Assembly (NCBI GenBank): GCA_016722295.1 | Contig: JADKGL010000029.1 | Coordinates: 147,040-211,039, forward strand | Length of the DNA: 64,000 bases | Source: Saprospiraceae bacterium | Lineage (GTDB): Bacteria > Bacteroidota > Bacteroidia > Chitinophagales > Saprospiraceae | Direction of reading: 5' to 3' | Shown here: positions 10,192-20,425 of the stretch, in pieces | Layout: each line of letters starts with the position of its first letter | Numbering within the stretch: position 1 is the first letter of the stretch | Program-made: the position numbers and the translations under genes | Notes under the pieces: generated by a model | Databases searched by the model: none | What the model saw: only the letters and a program-made list of their open reading frames with translations | What the model was told of the DNA's origin: nothing

Positions 10192-10847
10192 AAAAATCTT
10201 CTGTAAACAATTTTAATCAATTTTTTAGCTATTTCAGATTTTGTGTCTTCGTTCCATTTATATTTTGGAATCAGATCATTTACAAGTATACTTTTAGCTT
10301 CTTCGAATGAGTTAAGACTATTTGTACTTCTTAGAAATTCTTCGAGATGAAGTTTGTTCCCATCAAAAAGCTCATTCTGTGCCAATACTCTTTCATTTAA
10401 TCCTAATGCTGAAGTGAGATCTTTTATTGGCGTGATCGTAAGTTTTTCTGCAAGATCGTTTACATTTAAATGGTCAAATAATGATTTAAACTTTGTATTG
10501 TCTACGGGTACTGGAGTTGTTTCATAAACGGGTGTTATGATTTTTTCTGCAATTGGCTCAATAGTTTGTGCGACAGGAATTACTACTTCTATTTTTTTTG
10601 GCACTTCTATTGGTTCAATAAATTGAATTTCTGGTTTAACTTCAGGAATTATTGGAGCGACTTCTTTTGCTTTTATAGGAGGATTTTGCTCATCTACAGT
10701 AAGCAATGCTTGGACACTGTCGTTTATTCTTTTTGAGTAATCAAGTAATAATTCTTTTTCCTTTAGAGTAAATCCTTGTTCGTCCTCATAAAGATCCATG
10801 ATTTGATTCATTTTGTGGATCCATTTTTTTACTTGAGAAAATTCCAT
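10188..10847 (-). CDS. hypothetical protein
   Basis: 219 aa with a Pro/Ile/Glu-rich central linker. No family recognised. Its stop overlaps the rhomboid start by 4 nt, which supports that it is expressed. Confidence 0.5.
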   Translation of the reverse strand: MEFSQVKKWIHKMNQIMDLYEDEQGFTLKEKELLLDYSKRINDSVQALLTVDEQNPPIKAKEVAPIIPEVKPEIQFIEPIEVPKKIEVVIPVAQTIEPIAEKIITPVYETTPVPVDNTKFKSLFDHLNVNDLAEKLTITPIKDLTSALGLNERVLAQNELFDGNKLHLEEFLRSTNSLNSFEEAKSILVNDLIPKYKWNEDTKSEIAKKLIKIVYRRFL

Positions 10848-11014
10848 GATTTATTGATTTGACGATTAGAACGCAAAATTGATCAAAATTAATCTTATTG
10901 TATAAAAAAAATTAGCTCATTTTGTTTAGATCTTGTTTTTGAAAACTAAAATTGAGAACAATGCTTGATTTCATGTAGAAACTGTAATTTTACTAGATCA
11001 AGTGTAACTATAAT

Positions 11015-13063
11015 ATGGGTAAAAGGTATTTATTATTGATTTATTATATTTTTTCTTCATTTTTTTTGATGGCCCAATCTGGTCATATGGATAGCAGTTA
11101 TCAACGATTATTGTTAAAATATTGGCAGTATCGCGAGTCATTTTACAAACATTTTATTCTTGTAGATAGAAATTCTTCTGGATGTATAGGTGACGGGATT
11201 GGAAATAGTGGTGCAGATCCTTGCAATTTTAAAAAGTCATCTTATAGCCTTCCTGCGACTAGTATTAGTCTAGGCTGGAGTGGAGATCTTGCATTTGGCA
11301 ATCGAAACAATCCCAATAGTGTTTTATATGATCCAAATTGTCTAGAGCGAGTCCATTGGGATCAAAAGAAAAGCGTTAGGTTTAATATTATAAATATGAG
11401 TTCGGAGACCCCTTCACAATTGGGTTGGTACATCCAAATTTTAGCAATAGAATATGAAAATCTGCGAAGGTATGGGCAGCATGAAAAAATGAAAACAACC
11501 CTTGAGGATTTATTTCTTGCCTTACAAGCGATCCGCAGATTGGACATGCAAGCACAATGCATATTTCAAGAGCTTTACAATGAAAGGAAGCAATGCCAGG
11601 ATTGTAAAATCTGTTCGAATCTGTTTAAAGTTAAAGGCGAACATGAGCTTTTGACAAAATCTAAGCTCAAAAAAACATGTGATTTTCAGGCAAAAATGGA
11701 TGGGTATTCAGGATTTTTAATTCGCGAAGATGCTACCCAAAATTTTGGTGAATTACTACACGATCCCAGTGAAGAAAAGTGGAATATAGATGCTACATCT
11801 TCGTATCATGCAATGATAAATCCGCCATGTAAAAAACATCTCAAAGAAAGAGCTTGTTTTCTTTACGCTCACCAAGGTTTTCAAAGTCAGGACCAAGTGA
11901 TAGGCTTATTGAATGGATTGGTTTTTGTGAAAAAATTTATTCCCGCAGATGCAAGTGTAACTACATGTGAGGGTAGAAAATATTATGTTCTGGAAATTGC
12001 AACAGAGATTGTTAAAGCACTTGTGGGTAGGATAGATAAGAATCCAAAGGATTATATTGAGTTCCCAGGTTCAGCGCAATGTATTGATTCGAAAAATTTT
12101 ATTGGATTCAGAAAGAAACATACCAACTTAAATAACTTTGAGGGAGGACAAGCATCAACAACCGTATATGGGATGAAGTTAGTATTGGATTATTTTACAA
12201 GTGTGCCTTCAAAGAAAACAGTAAGAGAGAAATTTTACTATAATCAATTGCTAAAAAAGACAGTAACTGCAAATAAGAATGTTGGTAATTTTTGGTTGTT
12301 ATTGGAAACTATTGGAGAAGCACAGCAAAGTGAATTTTATCAAAAAAAGTGTATTGAATTCAATAAGGAGATTTATCTATTGATGAATAAAGCTATTTAT
12401 GAAGAAAAAAGTACTGTGCAAATAGATAAAAAGTGGTTTGAAGATTTGTTGGATCGTGCTCCATGCTCTGGATTATGTATGAAGTATTCTAAGTATAATG
12501 AGAATACAAATCACAAATGGCCTACATTTGATTGCCCAAATACGCCTGGCTGGGTTAATGGACAACGTTGGGATGGAGGGAAGCACCAACATGAAGTGTA
12601 TGATGAAGAAAATATGTTTCCTCGATCAAAAATTAATAATGGCTTAGATTACATGAGCTTATTTAATTTATATTCTATAATTTATCATTCTGAAGGATTC
12701 CCTCTCGAAGATTTGAGATCCATAAAAATGCTTACAAAGGATAAGTTTATGGAATTAGGTGATGAAGCACTATTGAAGAAAACAAATAAAACAGATCAAT
12801 ATAAAAATGTTACTTGGTTGTCGTCAAGCGGCGCCAAGATCTATAAATTGGACGAAGCGTTACATCATAGTGATAAGTCAATAGTATCTGATTTTTTAAT
12901 TCAGAAATTCGAGATGGTCAATATGGTGGATAAATTCCAGACAGTCTATAAAAAATTAGATAGTAAAAATCCCCAATTGTTTAATGTTAAGGCTGGTAAA
13001 TTTTCAGATTTCTGTTTGAATTATGAATTGTTTTTAATTCAAAATACTTCTAGCAAAAAATAA
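11015..13063 (+). CDS. secreted Cys-rich hypothetical protein
   Basis: 682 aa. Signal peptide MGKRYLLLIYYIFSSFFLMAQ and many Cys residues (e.g. CQDCKIC). No family recognised. Confidence 0.6.
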   Translation: MGKRYLLLIYYIFSSFFLMAQSGHMDSSYQRLLLKYWQYRESFYKHFILVDRNSSGCIGDGIGNSGADPCNFKKSSYSLPATSISLGWSGDLAFGNRNNPNSVLYDPNCLERVHWDQKKSVRFNIINMSSETPSQLGWYIQILAIEYENLRRYGQHEKMKTTLEDLFLALQAIRRLDMQAQCIFQELYNERKQCQDCKICSNLFKVKGEHELLTKSKLKKTCDFQAKMDGYSGFLIREDATQNFGELLHDPSEEKWNIDATSSYHAMINPPCKKHLKERACFLYAHQGFQSQDQVIGLLNGLVFVKKFIPADASVTTCEGRKYYVLEIATEIVKALVGRIDKNPKDYIEFPGSAQCIDSKNFIGFRKKHTNLNNFEGGQASTTVYGMKLVLDYFTSVPSKKTVREKFYYNQLLKKTVTANKNVGNFWLLLETIGEAQQSEFYQKKCIEFNKEIYLLMNKAIYEEKSTVQIDKKWFEDLLDRAPCSGLCMKYSKYNENTNHKWPTFDCPNTPGWVNGQRWDGGKHQHEVYDEENMFPRSKINNGLDYMSLFNLYSIIYHSEGFPLEDLRSIKMLTKDKFMELGDEALLKKTNKTDQYKNVTWLSSSGAKIYKLDEALHHSDKSIVSDFLIQKFEMVNMVDKFQTVYKKLDSKNPQLFNVKAGKFSDFCLNYELFLIQNTSSKK

Positions 13064-13083
13064 GTATGTCGAAGTGAATTAAA

Positions 13084-13626
13084 TTAATTTAGAGGTTGAT
13101 TGAAATTGGATTTTCTTACCAATTTAATTTGCCAAGGATTGTTAGCATATTTCTCTTCACCAATTAAAATCATCGCATCTGGATCTACCTTTACTCTCCA
13201 TAAAGAAGCGCTATCTTTAAGCATTGACCGCATTTCTAATTCTGTACTTGTAGCATTATAAGTGAATTTACCTTTATCAATTAAAGTCTCTGCTTTCCCA
13301 TATTCATAGTCACCAGATTCTTTTAGGTCTAACCATGTTTTTTCGAAAAATATTGGTTTGTCATTTTTTTCACTAGGATTTATCGCGACAGCAAATAACC
13401 AGATAGAATCTGTAATCATTAAATACGGTTTTGCACTCGAACTAAGTTTAGAAAAAGATTCATCAACTTTCCCATATGCAGTACGAGGTCGATTGTCTTT
13501 AGGGATGGAAGTAGTTGGTTTCGCTGTAGAAGTTTGATTTGTAGAATTCGAATTGGTGTTTTTGTCTTGTTTGCAGCCAAAACCTAGAATAATTATTAAA
13601 ATACTATAATAAAAGATTGATTTCAT
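13084..13626 (-). CDS. hypothetical lipoprotein
   Basis: The track ORF extends to 13662. The internal start gives MKSIFYYSILIIILGFGC (lipobox), followed by a Thr/Ser/Asn-rich linker. Confidence 0.55.
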   Translation of the reverse strand: MKSIFYYSILIIILGFGCKQDKNTNSNSTNQTSTAKPTTSIPKDNRPRTAYGKVDESFSKLSSSAKPYLMITDSIWLFAVAINPSEKNDKPIFFEKTWLDLKESGDYEYGKAETLIDKGKFTYNATSTELEMRSMLKDSASLWRVKVDPDAMILIGEEKYANNPWQIKLVRKSNFNQPLN

Positions 13627-13642
13627 ATTAATTTCGCTTTTA

Positions 13643-14965
13643 ATGGACAATTTGATACACAAAAGTATAGAGAATCAATTAATTTTTACTAAAAAAAGCA
13701 GATTATTAATTGGAGTGAGTGGTGGAAAAGACTCTATGTCTCTTTGTCATGCATTGGTAAGCATGGGATATTCCTTGGGAATCGCTCATGTGAACTATCA
13801 TTTGAGGATTGATGAATCAGATAGAGAAGCAGCATTAGTTGAAAACTTTGCAAAAAATCACAGCATCCCTTTTTATAAAAAGGATGTAACACTTGATGTG
13901 AACCTAAAGAATAGGCAAGAAAGAGCGAGAGAAATTCGATATGCTTTTTTTTATGAGCTTTTGGATTCGAAAAAATATGATTTTATAGTAGTCGGTCATC
14001 ATGCGAATGATGTCATAGAGACTTTTTTTTTGCATCTAATGCGGGGTGCAAGTGTCAAAGGTTTGAAGTCCATGCAAATGCAAAATGATCGGATCGTACG
14101 ACCATTTATACATTTATTTCCTGAAGATATTGAGCGATATGTCAAAGAATTTAAAGTGCCATATTTGACAGATTCTTCTAATTTGAAAAGTGATTATCGA
14201 AGAAATTTTTTTCGGAATGATGTTTTGCCTTTATTGAATTCAAAATTTCCAAATCCAAGTAAATCCATAACAAGAAGTATTCAATTTTTGCAAAAAGCCC
14301 ATAACTTCATTCAATGTGAACTTTCTAAATGGATAGCAGTGAATGTAGAAAATGATAAAATAGGATGTAGAATTAAAAAGGCCTTTGAAATGGATTCATT
14401 TCTTTTGTCAGAGTATTTGGTGAAGTATGGATTTAATCAATCTCAAATTGACAAAATTGCTGACCCAACTTGTGGAGTTGGAAGGATATTTATTTCAAAA
14501 AAAGGCTTTCAAATTATTATTGAAAGAGATTATTTATATCTCTTAACAAAAGTAGAGAAAAAAGACTATTTTGAGCAAGTAATTGATTTGTCAATTGATG
14601 TGGATCTTAAACTAGATCAAGGCAATATTTTATTTACTCATTTGTATAATATGCCATCAGAAGTAGAGATAAAATCAAATCCTAATATTGTTTTTATTGA
14701 TCGAGATTTGGTTCGGGATAAAGTTGTTTTACGTAATTGGAGAAATGGAGATAGCATCCGCCCTTTAGGCATGAGGCTGAAGAAGAAAAAGCTTCAAGAT
14801 ATCTTTGTTGATAAAAAAATTTCGAATAATGATAAATCACAAATTTTAATAGTCGAGCATGAAGGTGAGATTGCTTGGATTGTTGGCTTAATGTTAAGTG
14901 ATAAGTTCAAATTGAGTGAACAATCAAAAAGGTTTTTGAAAATTGAATTTAAAAGAAATTGTTAA
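13643..14965 (+). CDS. tilS: tRNA(Ile)-lysidine synthetase
   Basis: 440 aa. PP-loop GVSGGKDSMS and conserved HHANDVIETF region. Confidence 0.9.
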   Translation: MDNLIHKSIENQLIFTKKSRLLIGVSGGKDSMSLCHALVSMGYSLGIAHVNYHLRIDESDREAALVENFAKNHSIPFYKKDVTLDVNLKNRQERAREIRYAFFYELLDSKKYDFIVVGHHANDVIETFFLHLMRGASVKGLKSMQMQNDRIVRPFIHLFPEDIERYVKEFKVPYLTDSSNLKSDYRRNFFRNDVLPLLNSKFPNPSKSITRSIQFLQKAHNFIQCELSKWIAVNVENDKIGCRIKKAFEMDSFLLSEYLVKYGFNQSQIDKIADPTCGVGRIFISKKGFQIIIERDYLYLLTKVEKKDYFEQVIDLSIDVDLKLDQGNILFTHLYNMPSEVEIKSNPNIVFIDRDLVRDKVVLRNWRNGDSIRPLGMRLKKKKLQDIFVDKKISNNDKSQILIVEHEGEIAWIVGLMLSDKFKLSEQSKRFLKIEFKRNC

Positions 14966-14977
14966 ATTACCAATCAA

Positions 14978-15466
14978 TTATTTTGATATAGCTTCAATGA
15001 TTTGTGAATGGTGATTGGCGCTGACTACTGGATAAATTATTTTATGTATTTTTTTTTGCTCATCCAATATAAACGTGGATCTATGTATTCCTGTATAGGC
15101 GATACCCATGAATTTCTTTCGACTATAAACGTTATAATCAGTGGCAATCTTATTTCCTGAATCTACAAGTAGTTCGTAAGGTAATGTATAGCGATCTATA
15201 AATTTTTTATGAGATTTTTCATCATCTTGACTTATTCCAAAAATCTTACATTTTAATTTTTTGAGAGCAGTATAATTGTCTCTAAGATTGCAAGCCTCTT
15301 TGATACATGTTGGTGTAAGATCTTGTGGATAAAAAAATAGGATAGTCCATTCAGAGGAAATACTATAAAGTTCTATGAGTTTGCCTGCTTGATTTGGAGC
15401 AAAGAAATTAGGTGCAGGATCGCCTGGATGTAATGTAAACTTGGGTTTGAAATCTTCTGCGCTCAT
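14978..15466 (-). CDS. bcp: thioredoxin-dependent peroxiredoxin (Bcp type)
   Basis: 162 aa. FFYPQDLTPTC peroxidatic-Cys motif. Confidence 0.85.
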   Translation of the reverse strand: MSAEDFKPKFTLHPGDPAPNFFAPNQAGKLIELYSISSEWTILFFYPQDLTPTCIKEACNLRDNYTALKKLKCKIFGISQDDEKSHKKFIDRYTLPYELLVDSGNKIATDYNVYSRKKFMGIAYTGIHRSTFILDEQKKIHKIIYPVVSANHHSQIIEAISK

Positions 15467-15474
15467 TTGATTTA

Positions 15475-17199
15475 TTAGCGAGTAAAGCTACTTTTGTATT
15501 CCTTCATATTGTTTCGATCATCTGTAACTTGTATTAACAAATCGTGTTTTCCACTCGATAGCCAATCTTCGAAATCATGTTGAATCGTGTGCGTTTTTTC
15601 GTCATGCTCCATCAATATCCACTGTCCATCAATATAGGCATTATACTTCAATTCTTTCGCTTTGCCCAATGCAGGAACATTGTCCTGAATCTTAAATTTT
15701 ATGAATTTTGATTTACTCATATTCGGTTTATATACAATCGGAATAATACTTGGAGGAGTATCATCTAGCATGATTGAAAAACTACCAAGCTGTTTGTATT
15801 CAGATTCGAAATATATACCATTGAATCTGCCTCCAGTTGAGATGTATGAATTTCCTCGTTTAAACGCGACAAAGCATTTCTCAATCAAATGAGCAGGTAT
15901 CTCTCGCTTTGGTTTTAATGAAACAGAATAATAATTATGTATAGGTTCATTTGTTGGCGTTATTCCGATCCAGTCTGAATAAGCATTTGAAGAACCGTTA
16001 AATTCTTTTTTTACTTCGCAGCTAAAATTCTTATAAAACGTTTCAGGTTGAAATGTAAAATTCGCATATTCGTCCTTCATCTCAAAAGAAGATGAATGTT
16101 GAATTTTAAACTGAGAGCTTGTATTGTCTTGTTTAGGTAAAAAACTAGATTTCTTTACTCCGAATGCAATTTCAGAAACGTTCTCATGTGCATCGCCAAC
16201 TAAAATCTGAACTCTATGTTCGACATTTTCATTTAGATAATATAAGCCATCGTTTTGCGCTATTTTATAAAGAGGTAGTTTGTTGCCACTCAAAACAAAA
16301 CAGCGATGAAATGAACCTTGAGCATTTAATTTTGAATTGTAATCTATATGTGCATTAATAAATTTTGTATCATTTAAATTCCATTTGTCAGAATCAAAAT
16401 GGTAGATTAAAGCGCCATCAATGAACAATTTTATAAAGCGTATCCCAATCCAATTCCAAGAATTATTACTTCTATCCAATGCATCTACTCCTATTCCTAA
16501 AATATCTCCAGGGACAGTGATTATATGATAGTTTTTTGCTAATTTGGAATTGTGCATTATGTTCTCAAATGTATTCTGACCTTGAAAGTCAAAGCCATAG
16601 ATTTTTATTTTACGTAATATTGGCGCAATATGGTCTTCTACTGGAATTCCATAATCGTTCGGATCGAGGACTTCATTTGTACTTGTATTTCTTAATTCGA
16701 AATGCAAGTGTGCTCCTTTACTTGATCCTGTGTTTCCCATATAGGCTACATGCTCACCAGCTAGAACCGGAAAATCTGATGGTGATAAGTTTAGTTCGAT
16801 TTTGAATGATTGTTGTTTATATTGTTCAGTTTTTATACGAGCTTCAATGTCTGGTCGAAAATGGTTTAAATGTGCATAAAGTGTAGTATATCCCGAAGGA
16901 TGCTCGATATACATACTTTTGCCATAGTCATCATCGTCTATTTCAATTCTGCTGATGAACCCATCAGCTGCTGAAAGTATATCATCTCCGCCAACACCTG
17001 TCATAGACCGTAGATCTATTCCAGCATGAAAATGATTATTTCGCAATTCACCAAATGAACCTGTAACGGAAATCTTAGATTTTACAGGCGAGACTAAGAC
17101 AATCGGACTTGGATAACTTACGAATTCTTCGCAATTTTTATTATTTCTAAAGCTAAATGCAATACAACTAAAGCATAAAAGCCATATATATTTCTTCAT
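15475..17199 (-). CDS. M23-family metallopeptidase with long C-terminal extension
   Basis: 574 aa. Signal peptide, HAGIDL and GNTGSSKGAHLHFELR zinc-ligand motifs. Confidence 0.85.
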   Translation of the reverse strand: MKKYIWLLCFSCIAFSFRNNKNCEEFVSYPSPIVLVSPVKSKISVTGSFGELRNNHFHAGIDLRSMTGVGGDDILSAADGFISRIEIDDDDYGKSMYIEHPSGYTTLYAHLNHFRPDIEARIKTEQYKQQSFKIELNLSPSDFPVLAGEHVAYMGNTGSSKGAHLHFELRNTSTNEVLDPNDYGIPVEDHIAPILRKIKIYGFDFQGQNTFENIMHNSKLAKNYHIITVPGDILGIGVDALDRSNNSWNWIGIRFIKLFIDGALIYHFDSDKWNLNDTKFINAHIDYNSKLNAQGSFHRCFVLSGNKLPLYKIAQNDGLYYLNENVEHRVQILVGDAHENVSEIAFGVKKSSFLPKQDNTSSQFKIQHSSSFEMKDEYANFTFQPETFYKNFSCEVKKEFNGSSNAYSDWIGITPTNEPIHNYYSVSLKPKREIPAHLIEKCFVAFKRGNSYISTGGRFNGIYFESEYKQLGSFSIMLDDTPPSIIPIVYKPNMSKSKFIKFKIQDNVPALGKAKELKYNAYIDGQWILMEHDEKTHTIQHDFEDWLSSGKHDLLIQVTDDRNNMKEYKSSFTR

Positions 17200-18206
17200 T
17201 TACTCTTTCTGTCTTTGAAATGTGCAAAAATAAACTCTTGTAACTGTATTGAAGCAGAATTTGCATCTATTTTTTTTGACTCAATCAAGTTTATAAGTTC
17301 ACTATGTTTGATGTGAATTTCTTTCTGAAGTAACAATTCTTGAAGAATTTCTTTTTGCCATTTTTGATTAAAAAATTGAATTTCTTGATCTAAACGTGTG
17401 CTAATGAGCTTATTATTATTCAGAATATCTTGAAAAAAGAAATCTATTTTTTTTATGATTTCTTCGATTCCTTGGTTTTCTAATGCAGAAGTTAACAGTA
17501 TTTCTGCTTTTTTATTGTTCTTTCGAAATGGCATAAAGCCAATTACCGATTGGAGTTCATTTTTAGTCTTAGTTGATTTCGCAATATTTGAACCATCAGA
17601 TTTATTGATTAGCATTAGATCCGCCCATTCCATAATTCCTCGTTTGATCCCTTGCAATTCATCACCTGCACCTCCGATTCCAATCCAAATCGTCATATCA
17701 CTTACCGAACTGACTTCATGCTCAGATTGACCAATCCCCACAGTTTCAATCAAAATATCTTGAAATCCAGCTATTTCACAAAGTTGAATGTTGGATCTCG
17801 TCCCTTCACTGATGCCTCCTAAATGATTTTTTGAAGGTGATGGCCGAATAAAAACAAGATCTTCTTTGGAAAGCTCCACCATGCGTGTTTTGTCGCCTAA
17901 AATACTTCCACGTGTCAACGAGCTGCTTGGGTCGATCGTTAAGACCGCTAATTTTCTTCCTTGTTTAATTAACTCAAAGCCAATTTTTTCAATTAAACTG
18001 CTTTTGCCAACTCCAGGAGAGCCAGTGATCCCAATCCTTCTAGTCATATTTGCACTATACTTGAATTTAGAAAGGATCTCTGAAATATAGATCTGATCAG
18101 ATTTTTTATTGCTTTCTGCGCATGTGATTAGTCTTGCTAATAGCTGTTTGTCCCCCTGTTGTAGGAGAGAAAGAACCTGATCTATTGGTAAATTTCGATA
18201 TGACAC
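17196..18206 (-). CDS. meaB: methylmalonyl-CoA mutase-associated GTPase MeaB/ArgK family
   Basis: 336 aa with a GTG start. Walker A GITGSPGVGKSS and NKSDG (NKxD). Stop overlaps the M23 start by 4 nt. Confidence 0.85.
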   Translation of the reverse strand: MSYRNLPIDQVLSLLQQGDKQLLARLITCAESNKKSDQIYISEILSKFKYSANMTRRIGITGSPGVGKSSLIEKIGFELIKQGRKLAVLTIDPSSSLTRGSILGDKTRMVELSKEDLVFIRPSPSKNHLGGISEGTRSNIQLCEIAGFQDILIETVGIGQSEHEVSSVSDMTIWIGIGGAGDELQGIKRGIMEWADLMLINKSDGSNIAKSTKTKNELQSVIGFMPFRKNNKKAEILLTSALENQGIEEIIKKIDFFFQDILNNNKLISTRLDQEIQFFNQKWQKEILQELLLQKEIHIKHSELINLIESKKIDANSASIQLQEFIFAHFKDRKSK

Positions 18207-18403
18207 AATTTAAATATGTAAACTATTACTATTCAAAGACAAATATATTATATTTTATTAAATTCATATGATTTTTTTTAACATATCTTTCAGTTTAATG
18301 TTGAATTTTTATGTAAAAACAAACAATTGAAAAACTTGATTCTATATCTTTATGAATGTGAACTAATTAGACCAATTTACGTTTTATCAACATCACAATT
18401 ATT

Positions 18404-19627
18404 ATGGCAGGAATTAAAAAAGTATATTTAGATAATAATGCAACTACACCTTGTGACCCGAGGGTAGTTGAGGCAATGTTGCCCTATTTTTATGAGCATC
18501 CTGGCAATGCTGCAAGTAGAAGCCATCCATTTGGTTGGGAAGCTGAAGGCGCTGTTGATTTAGCTCGCCAACAAATTGCAGATTTGATAGGGGCCGATGA
18601 AAAGGAAATCATCTTTACTTCAGGTGCGACAGAATCAGATAATCTAGCCTTAAAAGGTGTTTATGAAATGTATGTTCGTAAAGGCAATCATATCATTACC
18701 GCGACAACAGAACATAAGGCGATATTAGATACATGTAAAAGATTAGAAAAGCAAGGTGCAGAAATAACATATTTGGAAGTCAATCAAGAAGGCTTGATTG
18801 ACTTAAAATTACTAGAAGCCGCCATAAAGCCAACGACTATTTTGGTATCGATTATGTGGGCAAACAATGAGACTGGTGTCATTCAACCAATAAAAGAAAT
18901 AGGAGAAATCTGTGCAAGACATGGAGTGCTATTCATGAGTGATGCGACTCAAGCTGTTGGTAAGATTCCAGTGAATCCAAGAGAAAATGGAGTTCATCTC
19001 ATGGCGTTCACCTCTCATAAAATGTACGGACCAAAAGGGGTAGGGGCTCTCTATGTGAGTCGTAAAGATCCGCGAGTGAAAGTCACAGCTCAAATGGACG
19101 GTGGTGGCCATGAACGCGGAATGCGAAGTGGAACATTAAATGTTCCGGGGATTGTTGGGTTTGGTAAAGCTGCAGCAATAGCAAAAGCAGAAATGGCAGA
19201 TGAAGCGATTCGATTAAGTGCATTGCGCGATAAGCTTGAATCGGGATTTATGGCAAAACTAGAAGAGGTCTACTTGAATGGTGCAAAATCGCATAGAATG
19301 CCTCATGTGACAAATCTTTCTTTTAAGCATGTTGAAGGAGAAGGATTGATGATGACGTTTAATCAGAATATCGCATTATCTTCTGGATCAGCTTGTACTT
19401 CAGCTTCATTAGAACCTTCCTATGTATTAGTTGCACTTGGTTTAGGAGATGATTTGGCACATTCTTCATTGCGTTTTAGTTTAGGTCGGTTTACGACCGA
19501 AGAAGATATAGATTACGCTTTGGAAGCAGTGTCTGAAGGGGTGAATCATATGCGCAATTTATCGCCAATTTGGGAAATGTATAAAGAAGGTGTAGATTTG
19601 AACTCAATCGTATGGGAAACACATTAA
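18404..19627 (+). CDS. iscS: cysteine desulfurase IscS
   Basis: 407 aa. PLP-lysine region [11 protein letters not shown] and active-site loop SSGSACTS. Confidence 0.92.
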   Translation: MAGIKKVYLDNNATTPCDPRVVEAMLPYFYEHPGNAASRSHPFGWEAEGAVDLARQQIADLIGADEKEIIFTSGATESDNLALKGVYEMYVRKGNHIITATTEHKAILDTCKRLEKQGAEITYLEVNQEGLIDLKLLEAAIKPTTILVSIMWANNETGVIQPIKEIGEICARHGVLFMSDATQAVGKIPVNPRENGVHLMAFTSHKMYGPKGVGALYVSRKDPRVKVTAQMDGGGHERGMRSGTLNVPGIVGFGKAAAIAKAEMADEAIRLSALRDKLESGFMAKLEEVYLNGAKSHRMPHVTNLSFKHVEGEGLMMTFNQNIALSSGSACTSASLEPSYVLVALGLGDDLAHSSLRFSLGRFTTEEDIDYALEAVSEGVNHMRNLSPIWEMYKEGVDLNSIVWETH

Positions 19628-19648
19628 ACACAATAAAAATTAAAAAAA

Positions 19649-20038
19649 ATGGCATATTCAGAAAAAGTATTGGATCATTTTAAGCATCCAAAAAATGTAG
19701 GAACTTTAGATAAAAATGATAGTACTGTAGGTACAGGTCTCGTAGGGGCACCTGAATGCGGAGATGTCATGAGATTGCAGATCAAAGTAAATCCAGATAC
19801 GCAAAAAATTGAAGATGCAAAATTCAAGACATTTGGATGTGGTTCAGCTATAGCTTCTTCTTCATTAGCTACAGAATGGCTTAAGGGCAAGTCAATTGAG
19901 GAAGCATTGAAAATAGACAATATGGACATTGTTGAAGAATTGGCATTGCCTCCAGTAAAAATTCATTGTAGTGTTTTGGCAGAAGATGCCATCAAAAGTG
20001 CAATCAAGGATTATAAAACAAAAAATGCTTTATCCTAA
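19649..20038 (+). CDS. iscU: Fe-S cluster assembly scaffold IscU
   Basis: 129 aa. Three conserved Cys contexts: GAPECGDVM, FGCGSAIAS, IHCSVLA. Confidence 0.92.
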   Translation: MAYSEKVLDHFKHPKNVGTLDKNDSTVGTGLVGAPECGDVMRLQIKVNPDTQKIEDAKFKTFGCGSAIASSSLATEWLKGKSIEEALKIDNMDIVEELALPPVKIHCSVLAEDAIKSAIKDYKTKNALS

Positions 20039-20049
20039 ATAACTGAAAT

Positions 20050-20376
20050 ATGATTTACATCGCAGATTCAGCAAAAGAGAAAATATTGAAATTGCGAAAC
20101 GACGCTAAATTGGATGATAGCCATTTCATTCGAGCAGTGGTTACTAGTGGTGGATGTAGCGGGTTAAGCTATAAAATTGAGTTTGACAACAAGCAATTAC
20201 CAAATGACCAAGTTTTTGAAGACAATGATCTTAAAATCGTGACTGATCTTAAATCCTTTCTCTATTTGTTTGATTCTAAATTAGAATTTTCAAGTGGGTT
20301 GGAAGGAAAAGGATTTTATTTTCAGAATCCAAATGCATCACGCACTTGTGGATGTGGAGAAAGTTTTTCTGTTTAA
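20050..20376 (+). CDS. iscA: HesB/IscA-family Fe-S cluster insertion protein
   Basis: 108 aa. SGGCSG and C-terminal CGCGESF motifs. Confidence 0.9.
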   Translation: MIYIADSAKEKILKLRNDAKLDDSHFIRAVVTSGGCSGLSYKIEFDNKQLPNDQVFEDNDLKIVTDLKSFLYLFDSKLEFSSGLEGKGFYFQNPNASRTCGCGESFSV

Positions 20377-20385
20377 GTTGTATTT

Positions 20386-20425
20386 TCCTAGAGATGCAAA
20401 TCTGCTAGGACTTTTTCTGATTTGG
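20386..20425 (+). terminator. hairpin plus T-rich tail after the isc operon
   Basis: tcctag-aga (20386-20394) pairs with tct-g-ctagga (20401-20410), followed by ctttttctgattt. It overlaps the last codons of the convergent gene. Confidence 0.35.

Noticed and set aside
17196-18206. MeaB GTPase without an adjacent methylmalonyl-CoA mutase, coupled instead to an M23 peptidase
   Set aside because: The mutase may simply be encoded elsewhere. A 4-nt overlap alone does not establish a functional link, so this is not unusual enough to flag.
18404-20376. iscS-iscU-iscA without iscR, hscBA or fdx as an unusual minimal ISC operon
   Set aside because: The three genes are intact and canonical. The accessory genes may lie elsewhere, and I cannot judge lineage rarity without a database comparison.
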